Origin: Elusimicrobiota bacterium
Lineage (GTDB): Bacteria; Elusimicrobiota; Endomicrobiia; CG1-02-37-114; JAHJSO01
Length of the DNA stretch: 64,000 bases
NCBI GenBank assembly: GCA_043826435.1
Contig: JBDRQF010000037.1
Span: 60,186-124,185, forward strand
Direction of reading: 5' to 3'
This document shows, piece by piece, positions 56,544 through 64,000 of this stretch. The first letter of the stretch is position 1, and every line of letters starts with the position of its first letter. The position numbers and the translations under genes were made by a program. The notes beneath the pieces were generated by a model. The model was not told the DNA's origin. It did not search any database and was given only the letters and a program-made list of their open reading frames with translations.

Positions 56544-57337
56544 AAATCGGTCTAAAAGGTTCCCTGCGTATAGTCGGTTCCCATGATATAGAAAGGTATA
56601 TACCGCCGAATTACAGGGGATATATCAACGATGATAATGTTTCGTCCCGCCCGTCCCTCACCATGCATCTGGATATTGCCCCGCCCGGCACGGTTTCACT
56701 TCAGGGTTCTTTTATATCAAGAAATGACTTTTCATTTACGCTGGACAAAAAGAACAAGACCGCTTCAGGAAAAGTTTTATCTAGCCCGTATTCCATTGAT
56801 TCCCTCGTCAGGGTAGTATGTTCAATTGTGTGCGTTGAAAATTCAGGGTTGCTGCTCCATTCATCAGGGGTAGCAGTGGGTGGCAGGTCGTTTATTTTTG
56901 TCGGTAAGACAGGGGCGGGTAAATCCACCATTATTAAAAAATTCTCCGGGATAAAACGTATTAAACCAGAGATAAAGTTTCTGTCGGATGAAATCATGCT
57001 TGTTGAAAAGAATGGGGGTAATAGATTTTTTTCTTTTGCGACACCGTTCTGGGGCGAGTTAAGCCCGGATCTTTTCGGCGGCCACGGTACGGAAGGATAT
57101 AAAATCGCCCGTATGTTTTTCCTGAGGAAGTCCAGCAGAACATTTGTTAGAAAAATGTCTCCCGATGAATTTATAAAAAACCTTTTGCCGAATGTATTGT
57201 TTTTTTCAAAAGATGTTTCGTCTGCCAGAAAGATATTGTGTATTGCTGACGGTTTGTCAAAAAACATAGATGCCTGTGAGTTGTTTTTCAGAAAGGACTT
57301 TTCCGCCGAGGAACTTTATGAGAATTTTATGCAATAA
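56510..57337 (+). CDS. HPr kinase-related P-loop protein
   Basis: LLHSSGV, GKTGAGKST, LSDE, ATPFWGE; precedes PqqD-like gene. Confidence 0.8.
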   Translation: MVNPAGSNFNLKIGLKGSLRIVGSHDIERYIPPNYRGYINDDNVSSRPSLTMHLDIAPPGTVSLQGSFISRNDFSFTLDKKNKTASGKVLSSPYSIDSLVRVVCSIVCVENSGLLLHSSGVAVGGRSFIFVGKTGAGKSTIIKKFSGIKRIKPEIKFLSDEIMLVEKNGGNRFFSFATPFWGELSPDLFGGHGTEGYKIARMFFLRKSSRTFVRKMSPDEFIKNLLPNVLFFSKDVSSARKILCIADGLSKNIDACELFFRKDFSAEELYENFMQ

Positions 57338-57599
57338 GAAAGTTGCATGGAGAAAGATTGAAAACACCGTATATATTGTTAATCCGGAGACGTCTGAGTT
57401 GCATCAGATGAATCCCGTTGCAGGTGAAATCTGGCTAACCATTCAGAAAAATAAAAAAGGTATTTCAGTGAACGAACTTATTAAATGGCTGCTTTCCGAA
57501 TATGATGTTGGGATGGATACCTTGAAGAAAGATACACAAGGATTTGTGGATGAGATGAGGAATAGGGGCTTGCTAATTTGTTCGGAAAAAACATGCTAA
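57318..57599 (+). CDS. PqqD-family RiPP recognition element
   Basis: VAWRKIE...LHQMNPVAGEIW...EYDV...KDTQGFVDEMRNRGLL. Confidence 0.88.
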   Translation: MRILCNKKVAWRKIENTVYIVNPETSELHQMNPVAGEIWLTIQKNKKGISVNELIKWLLSEYDVGMDTLKKDTQGFVDEMRNRGLLICSEKTC

Positions 57600-57627
57600 C
57601 AGATATCGCGGCATCCGTGTATATAAA

Positions 57628-58719
57628 ATGAAAAGCATTTATTCTGAGTTATTCAGGCAGTCGTTTTCTTCAAATATCCCGCTTATGTGTCTTTTTGAAC
57701 TCACAGAAAGGTGCCCGTTAAGGTGCGTCCACTGTTATATACCGCTGGGAAAGAGGAGGGGGAAAAAGAAAGGTGGCGAACTTTCAACTGCCGGAGTGGT
57801 GAGTGTACTCAACCAGTTGAGAGACCTGGGGTGCATGTTCCTTGTTTTTTCAGGCGGGGAAGCGTTCCTGCGTCCTGACATAGTCATTTTGTGCGAGTCC
57901 GCCCGTTCCATGAATTTTGATTTACGGCTTTTTACAAACGGCGTGAATATGAGTGAGCCGCATATTAAGGCACTCTCGGAGATGGGTGTGTCCGGGGTTG
58001 AGGTGAGTATGTACGGGCCTGCGAGCGTCCATGATAGAATCACCGGGGTCGCCGGTTCCCACAGGAGGACGGTGTCCGGGATTGAACTTTTGTTAAAATA
58101 CAATGTTGATGTGGTCGTAAAAAGTCCTGTGATGAATCTGAATTTTAAGCACTACCCGTGGGTAATTTCTTTCTGTCGGCGGCATGGCATCCCGTATAAG
58201 TTTGACCCCGTGGTGGTCCCGGCAAACGACGGCGGCAGGGAGCCGCTCAGTTACCGTCTGGATAAAGAACAGTTGGAGAGCATTTTTTCAGACAGGAGGT
58301 TGTTGCCGGACAACAGCGGGACGGAAGATCACGTCATCACGGGGAATACCGGTTTGACGAATCCGCTGGCGTGCAGTGCAGGCAGGAACTTTGTGGGGAT
58401 TTCTTCTGACGGGACTATCTATCCCTGCATACAGTACCGGGTTATGTTAGGCAATGTCAGGGAAAGCAAACTTAAGGATGTGTGGTTCTCCGAAACGGCC
58501 GTCCGGCTGAGAAACATAGGCATCGCCGACATAAATACATGCAGAGAGTGTCCGGAAGCCCTGAGTTGCCGCAGGTGTCCGGGGTTGGCGCTCCTTGAGG
58601 ACGGCGATATGTTCGGCCCATCCCGTGTCGCCTGTGAACTGTCTGAAATTCAATCGGGCAAAACGGTAAACAGTGCGTCAAAAATACCATGTTATTGCAA
58701 AGCCATAATGTCATCTTAA
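57628..58719 (+). CDS. Radical SAM/SPASM peptide-maturase-like enzyme (last 9 aa come from the IS)
   Basis: LTERCPLRCVHCY, SGGE; SPASM CSAG...IYPC...CRECPEALSCRRCPG...C. Confidence 0.9.
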   Translation: MKSIYSELFRQSFSSNIPLMCLFELTERCPLRCVHCYIPLGKRRGKKKGGELSTAGVVSVLNQLRDLGCMFLVFSGGEAFLRPDIVILCESARSMNFDLRLFTNGVNMSEPHIKALSEMGVSGVEVSMYGPASVHDRITGVAGSHRRTVSGIELLLKYNVDVVVKSPVMNLNFKHYPWVISFCRRHGIPYKFDPVVVPANDGGREPLSYRLDKEQLESIFSDRRLLPDNSGTEDHVITGNTGLTNPLACSAGRNFVGISSDGTIYPCIQYRVMLGNVRESKLKDVWFSETAVRLRNIGIADINTCRECPEALSCRRCPGLALLEDGDMFGPSRVACELSEIQSGKTVNSASKIPCYCKAIMSS

Positions 58720-60153
58720 CTGCAAAGCAAAATGTCACATAATCTATACATCTTTTCGGTACGGGAACTGTTGAATAAATTGACCATCATAGAAAACTCG
58801 CAGTGATTTACCGGGAATAACATAGACCATAATTTTGCCATACGGGTAAGCATTTTTATGGATAAATTTAGTCAGTTGATATGTCCTGTTGCTAAATTGG
58901 AAGGTATTGTCCTTTTTAACAAGCCTTTCCCATTTGAAACAAAACATGTCGTCTAAATTGATACCAGCAGGTACAGGTTTAAATACCGACGGCGTATGCC
59001 TTTCAACGGGTCTAAATTTAGTGATAGAATGAATATGATGAGTTCTCCAGTGCGTGAGGAACCTGTAAAGGAATTTGTTGGCATATTTAATAGCACCGGA
59101 TACATCTTTCGGAATTTCATCTATATGTCTTTTTAGTTCATTGATAAAACGGTCCTGTAAGGATCTGAAAAATCTTTCAATTTTACCTTTTGATTCTGGT
59201 TGAAAAGGTTTGTGCTGGATAAAAGTGATACCGAGTTCAGATAGTGCTCTTTTGTATTGAGTTGAGACATCTTGCTGGTCTTTGTGATAGGCAACGTGTA
59301 GCGGGTCGTCTGAACGGATATATTTGAATATAGAATCGTTGTCAGTATAAATCGCTTCTGGTAGGCCGTGGTTCTCAATTAAGTATCTTGTGACCTTCAT
59401 ATTGTTCCAGGTGGTATCGTGCTCGTAAATAAAAGCGACAAGAGGGTCTCGGGAGAAATCATCAATGGTACAAATAAGTGGTAGTTCTTTCTCAATGGTA
59501 GGTATCCATGGATGTTCAGAAGTATCCAGTTGGATAAGTTGTCCAAACGCCTGCATTTCAAAGCGTTTATGGGGTCTACGCTTCTTTAGATTGGGCTTGT
59601 AGAGGTCTGTTTCAATCCGGATATTCCTGACAGTTTCATGACTAATTTTTTTACCGGTTTCCTCTTGAAATATATCAGCCAGGTGGCAATTATTGAAATC
59701 ACGGTATTTATCAGATAGTTCAATTACTTTTTTACGGTCAGATTTTTTGAGTTTGTTCCAGGCAATTTTTTTGGAAACGATGCTTGTGGTTTTTCTGCCG
59801 CCGTTAATGAACCGTTTGAAAAGTCGTAATGTCTGACGGTAAGAAAGTTTTAATTCTTCTGCTGCTTGTTTAAGGGTAATTCTGAAATTGGCCGCAAGGG
59901 TAAGTGTGTAGTACCGTAAAGTAACTTTTTTTGAATAAGGTCTGTTCTGTGACATGACTATTTCCTCCTTCTTATGAGATTTATCCCGATTTAACGGGAC
60001 AGAGGAAATAGTATAACCAAAATTACTCATAAAAAGAAAAAGAAATAAAAAGAAAAAATGTGAATAACTACTACGACTACTACTATTTTTATCTTTCTTC
60101 ATGTGACATCTAAGCTTTGCAGTTACATGTGACATCTAAGCTTTGCAATAACA
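58690..60153 (-). mobile_element. IS1202/IS481-like insertion sequence, 1464 bp
   Basis: TGT...ACA ends; TIR TGTTATTGCAAAGC / GCTTTGCAATAACA with internal sub-repeats; no target duplication. Confidence 0.88.
58744..59955 (-). CDS. DDE transposase (IS1202/ISNCY type)
   Basis: HTH QAAEELKLSYRQ; GQLIQLDTSEHPW, IYTDNDSIF, SKGKIERFFRSLQDR; ATG 59955 after AAGGAGG. Confidence 0.92.
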   Translation of the reverse strand: MSQNRPYSKKVTLRYYTLTLAANFRITLKQAAEELKLSYRQTLRLFKRFINGGRKTTSIVSKKIAWNKLKKSDRKKVIELSDKYRDFNNCHLADIFQEETGKKISHETVRNIRIETDLYKPNLKKRRPHKRFEMQAFGQLIQLDTSEHPWIPTIEKELPLICTIDDFSRDPLVAFIYEHDTTWNNMKVTRYLIENHGLPEAIYTDNDSIFKYIRSDDPLHVAYHKDQQDVSTQYKRALSELGITFIQHKPFQPESKGKIERFFRSLQDRFINELKRHIDEIPKDVSGAIKYANKFLYRFLTHWRTHHIHSITKFRPVERHTPSVFKPVPAGINLDDMFCFKWERLVKKDNTFQFSNRTYQLTKFIHKNAYPYGKIMVYVIPGKSLRVFYDGQFIQQFPYRKDV

Positions 60154-60170
60154 CGGAGTTTGTTCTCCCC

Positions 60171-60199
60171 TTGACAAGAATGTTATTTTGTGTTATAAT
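60171..60199 (+). promoter_or_regulatory. Sigma-70 promoter
   Basis: TTGACA-17 nt-TATAAT. Confidence 0.75.
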
Positions 60200-60297
60200 T
60201 TTACTGACGAACTTGTTCAATCCGCTCTTTGAAATTAATAAAAAAGTCACATATTCTTCACAAAATCTTCGCGCAATATTTTGTATAATCGTATGTA

Positions 60298-60483
60298 ATG
60301 AATGCAAAACAACGACAGAGTTTAGCAAAGTATGCATACGATTTAAGTAAAATAGTATTGGCCTCATTTATATTAGATCAAACCATATTTGATAGGGAAT
60401 ACGCTGTTTTAATATTTGTTCCGGCATTGGCTATGGCAGTGCTGCTCTTAATAGTCGGATATTTACTTGAAAAGGAGGAATGA
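60298..60483 (+). CDS. Small two-TM protein (DUF6722-like)
   Basis: QRQSLAKYAYDLSKIVLA. Confidence 0.65.
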   Translation: MNAKQRQSLAKYAYDLSKIVLASFILDQTIFDREYAVLIFVPALAMAVLLLIVGYLLEKEE

Positions 60484-60485
60484 TT

Positions 60486-60584
60486 ATGAGAGGTCTGTTT
60501 TGGACATATATCTCCCTCGGAGTTGTGGCCGTTATAGCGCTTATCTTACTTTTAATTTATGATAAAAAGCATAAGCATACCTGA
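60486..60584 (+). CDS. 32-aa single-TM peptide, absent from the ORF track
   Basis: RBS AAGGAGG; MRGLFWTYISLGVVAVIALILLLIYDKKHKHT*. Confidence 0.65.
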   Translation: MRGLFWTYISLGVVAVIALILLLIYDKKHKHT

Positions 60585-60715
60585 GGACACCCGCCCGCTT
60601 TAGCGATGGCATTTTTTCCCGCATCTTAAAAAATGTAATACCTGCAAAAATTTTTTGTGAGATTATTTTTTTACCGGAGACTCACCGGGAACTTACCGGA
60701 GACCCCCCCGGGAAT

Positions 60716-61591
60716 TTACTGGGCAGGGGATTTTTCAATGACAATTGAGATGGGAGAGTTGGGGGCTTGTGTATCAATAGTGACGACACTTTCTGCGGGT
60801 TCATATCCTTTTTTCCATGTTTTGATTGTATAGATACCCTCGGGCAATTCTTTTGACCGATATCTACCGGTGTAATTAGTTATAAACTGTTGAATTTCCT
60901 TGTATTCTCTAAAAATATTAACCAGGGCGCCGGCAACTGGCTTGCCGTTTATATCAACCACAGCGCCTGTGATGAAATTGTCCGTGATGAAATTTTTTGA
61001 TTGTGTTTTGGGTAATGGTTGAGACATTCTGAAACTATTTCCAAGTGTATTTCCGTGTTGATAAAAAGGTCCAAAAATTGTAAAATAAAATTCTGTAATA
61101 AAAGATGAAGAACCTATTCCATCGCCGGTCCATATAATCTCACTTTTCTTATTATCAAATACAGTAATGTGTAATGCTATTTTCATTGTTCTTTTATTTT
61201 GGTTATAAAGAACTTTCCAGGGATAAGGTGTCGATTTTTCTACCATCCCATGTATTTCAGCAATGGCAGTCATAATCATGTCTGCATTTTTTTCATCTAC
61301 AAACCCGAACTTCAGTTTTTCAAATTGTTCTTGTAACGATTTTTCCAAAATAAGACCCTGTTGATTTTCTCTGTATTCTTCCGGATATCTACCTGTAAAA
61401 CCTATTAGGTTTAAATAAAGTTTCTTACCTTTGAACTCTTCATTTTTGATTTTTTGAAAATCGATTTTTTTATAACATTGCTTCAAGGCAGTTATGTATA
61501 AACCCTGGTCAACAACTCTGTATTCACTAAAATGAGTACATCCTGTTAACAAAAAAAGCAATAAAATCAAAAGACAAAATAGGTTTTTCAT
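60716..61591 (-). CDS. Lipoprotein with C-terminal carboxypeptidase regulatory-like domain
   Basis: LTGC lipobox; ITGAVVDINGKPVAGALV...TNYTGRY...LPEGIYTI..KKGY. Confidence 0.72.
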   Translation of the reverse strand: MKNLFCLLILLLFLLTGCTHFSEYRVVDQGLYITALKQCYKKIDFQKIKNEEFKGKKLYLNLIGFTGRYPEEYRENQQGLILEKSLQEQFEKLKFGFVDEKNADMIMTAIAEIHGMVEKSTPYPWKVLYNQNKRTMKIALHITVFDNKKSEIIWTGDGIGSSSFITEFYFTIFGPFYQHGNTLGNSFRMSQPLPKTQSKNFITDNFITGAVVDINGKPVAGALVNIFREYKEIQQFITNYTGRYRSKELPEGIYTIKTWKKGYEPAESVVTIDTQAPNSPISIVIEKSPAQ

Positions 61592-61685
61592 AATATATAT
61601 TCTCTTTTTATCCCTGCGTTCCCCAGCGTTTCCATATTTTAAAAGGATTTGAAATGTTAAAATTTCCGAGCACCCCCTGTCTCCA

Positions 61686-62183
61686 TCATTCCTCAAAAGG
61701 AAACCTATCTCCCTTTTCTAATTTTATTAATACTTCTATTAATTCCGGATAACCAATTAGAGTTGTATCATCTTGAAAAATAAAAGAGCGATACAGATAA
61801 ATCATGCTAAAGGGTTGAAAAAAAATAGAGCCATCCCTCGTCGTTTTAGCCGGAGAAAGTTTAATCCCATAATATCTTTCTCCCGTATTACTATATTTTC
61901 CGGTATCTATTGACCAAGTCCCCTGTATATAAACTGGCCCCCAGTTATCATCAGTGGGAGAAGCCTCGTAGACCAAATATGTTCTATTTCTTCTAATCAC
62001 AAGTTTAGCCCATCTTGTAAATTCCCCAAATTTCCCCAGTTCCGACGATACATATGTCCAAACACCTATAGATTTTTCCTCATATTTCTTTATTTCATTT
62101 TGAATATGTTTTGACTTCGGTGTAGCGGACACTGTAAAGAAAAAGCAAAAGAAGATTAATAAGAGCAGAACAATATTTTTCAT
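61686..62183 (-). CDS. Hypothetical secreted protein
   Basis: Signal peptide; RBS AGGAGG. Confidence 0.6.
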   Translation of the reverse strand: MKNIVLLLLIFFCFFFTVSATPKSKHIQNEIKKYEEKSIGVWTYVSSELGKFGEFTRWAKLVIRRNRTYLVYEASPTDDNWGPVYIQGTWSIDTGKYSNTGERYYGIKLSPAKTTRDGSIFFQPFSMIYLYRSFIFQDDTTLIGYPELIEVLIKLEKGDRFPFEE

Positions 62184-62296
62184 ACCTACCTCCTATATGT
62201 GATATCGCTAATGTTCCTCGCAATGACAATTTAATGGATAGTAAAATGTCAAATTATTTAAGGGACACCACACTGTTTTTTGGTAATAATCTTGTA

Positions 62297-62887
62297 TTAA
62301 AGATTATTCAATGTATTCAAAAAAGCCGTAAGACCCCCGCCATAATCATACACATCCTTATTATATCTGCGAAGAACCACAAAATTGTCACAAAAATCAA
62401 ACAATGTAGATTTTATTTTATCCTCATCTATAACCCGCATTGATAGAGCATACGCGAACACACAACTCTTTACCGGGGCCGGACACCAATTTTTAATTTT
62501 TTCGATTTGTGTTTTTGAACTAACTATTGTAGGTTTATCTAAATATGATTTAACTTCAATAATCAATTTCACTTGTTCGCTTTTCACAATCGCAGTATTG
62601 GTAATGGGGCACTCGTAGAGACCTCTCCCCGAGTAAATAATAATATCAACCTGTGGACTCAATGGGCATTGTTTTAATGATTCATTTTTTATGAGGCCCT
62701 TTTTAATTTTCAAGTTTTTACCTTTTATTTTTTCATCAATAAATTTCATTACAAGCCCTTCAAAAAACCCTCCGAAAATACTTGGATTATTACCTCCTTT
62801 AAGGTTATAACCAATATCTTCCCACATCTTTTGATACTTTGTATACAATTTCTCTGCTTCGCGTTTACCATCAATTTTTGGAACCAT
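62297..62887 (-). CDS. Restriction endonuclease-like PD-(D/E)XK protein (DUF6602-like)
   Basis: GGFFE, SPQVDIIIY, IIEVKS; RBS GAGGAGG; AT-rich. Confidence 0.72.
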   Translation of the reverse strand: MVPKIDGKREAEKLYTKYQKMWEDIGYNLKGGNNPSIFGGFFEGLVMKFIDEKIKGKNLKIKKGLIKNESLKQCPLSPQVDIIIYSGRGLYECPITNTAIVKSEQVKLIIEVKSYLDKPTIVSSKTQIEKIKNWCPAPVKSCVFAYALSMRVIDEDKIKSTLFDFCDNFVVLRRYNKDVYDYGGGLTAFLNTLNNL

Positions 62888-63062
62888 ATTATACCTCCTC
62901 TTGACACAGTTGCCGCAGAATAAAAAAAAGGAGGCAATCTATTCCCGGCAACATATTTTTATTTTACTTTGCAACCCGATTCTTTTTTCAAAGTTTCATG
63001 GGATTCCGATACAAGATTTTTTGTAACCCATAGGACAGCGACTTAATCTTTGGTGTTATAAA

Positions 63063-63266
63063 TCACCAAGACAATGTATTGGGCTTAAATAAATCACAAA
63101 AGTTTTTTGTGTTTTTATTAGTTTCCCATTTCCCTGCCTTACAATTTCCCGATGCGTACTCGTCATATTCTTCGCAATTCTTGCAGCAACGGATATAGGC
63201 ATTACACTGTGGGCAAGTTTCCATATAATCTGGCACAGAAATATTGCCGCAATTATAACATTTCAT
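63063..63266 (-). CDS. Small Cys-rich putative Zn-binding protein (67 aa)
   Basis: RBS GGAGGTGA; CYNC...CPQC...CCKNC...C...NFCDLF. Confidence 0.72.
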   Translation of the reverse strand: MKCYNCGNISVPDYMETCPQCNAYIRCCKNCEEYDEYASGNCKAGKWETNKNTKNFCDLFKPNTLSW

Positions 63267-63619
63267 AATATCACCTCCCGGCACTTCTAAATTTACCGCT
63301 CCAAATCGGTGACCGCCAATATTTTTGAAATGCAACGCGTCGTATTGTCCGATAGTAAAACATATCATTTTTTAGCCGGACGCTACCCAGCCCCTACACA
63401 TCCGCTGCCCAACCGATACAGGTGCGGTTCCGTCCAAAACCATTGTATCATAACTTGCTCTATTTGTCAAGTAATAATGAAAAATTGCCTATGGTAAAAA
63501 ACGGATATATTTTGTATAAATAACTACACAGGACAAAAAGCGAAAAAATTGTCCACACGCCCGCAGGCACCGGTAGCAGTCCTGGTATCAGCCCTATAAA
63601 AACAGGAAGGAGAAAATCA

Positions 63620-63982
63620 ATGCCAGATATAATGAAGATAATTGGCGAAAACTTAAGAAAATATAGAAAAATCCGTGGTTTTACACAGGAAAAATTAGCG
63701 GGTCACTCCGATCTCCATACAACTTTTATCGCACATATTGAGACGGGCAGAAAGGTTTGCAGTGTTAAGACATTAGTGAAACTGGCTAATGCATTGAAGG
63801 TCAGCCCGGAAACACTTATAATCGCCCCACTAACCCTCCAACAAAAGCCGTCATATATCAAACCGATGGATAAAAAGACGCAGACAATCCTCGCAATGTT
63901 CAGGGATATGCCCGATACCCAGAAAGATATCGTCATTTCTGTTGCAAGGTCAGTTGCCCGCCCGAAGTACCCAAAAGATTAA
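63620..63982 (+). CDS. XRE-family HTH transcriptional regulator
   Basis: YRKIRGFTQEKLA..SDLHTTFIAHIETG; RBS AGGAG. Confidence 0.9.
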   Translation: MPDIMKIIGENLRKYRKIRGFTQEKLAGHSDLHTTFIAHIETGRKVCSVKTLVKLANALKVSPETLIIAPLTLQQKPSYIKPMDKKTQTILAMFRDMPDTQKDIVISVARSVARPKYPKD

Positions 63983-64000
63983 ACGTTAATTTGACCGTAT

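Noticed and set aside
59956..60135. N-terminal extension of the transposase in the ORF track
   Set aside because: Runs through the IS end; a strong RBS supports ATG 59955
60100..60153. 26-bp tandem repeat as an independent element
   Set aside because: Explained as sub-terminal repeats of the IS end
783..63936. Numerous short antisense or off-frame ORFs overlapping called genes
   Set aside because: Shadow ORFs without RBS or recognisable motifs

Overview
Bacterial chromosomal window from a diderm, probably anaerobic lineage (Elusimicrobiota-like gene order and sigma-54 type; inference only). Left to right: (1) a 13 kb copper/silver resistance island (anti-sigma, cusC, cusB, HMBD/YHS proteins, cusA, two permeases) that is a visible chimera of two paralogous cus operons and hides an unannotated 39-aa, 7-Cys peptide. 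(2) cobA-hemD, hemB, hemL. (3) ferredoxin-porCDAB, Fe-S flavoprotein, suhB, trxA. (4) Core genes on the minus strand (capA-like, yunC, mfd, two PPIases, pdxA, TPR, ispE), then nfeD/SPFH and a convergent RecB-like nuclease and UvrD helicase-nuclease. (5) HEPN-MNT module and IS debris (IS3 end, miniature IS1380). (6) The most unusual part, 42.6-54 kb: XRE regulator, a divergent sigma-54 coupled to an NtrC-like activator, then a stand-alone ketosynthase (Cys-His-Gln), ICMT-family methyltransferase, B12 radical SAM enzyme, a 7TM-GAF histidine kinase and further two-component proteins. Two matching non-canonical -24/-12 promoters, each with paired upstream GCAY-N8-RTGC-like boxes, lie in front of the biosynthetic genes and the downstream signalling genes. 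This reads as a candidate self-contained autoinducer-type circuit. (7) HD-GYP protein, small NTase module, and an HPrK-like/PqqD/radical SAM-SPASM RiPP-type cassette cut by an IS1202/IS481-like element, followed by AT-rich accessory genes. No rRNA, tRNA or CRISPR array was found. All calls come from reading motifs by eye; no database searches were run.
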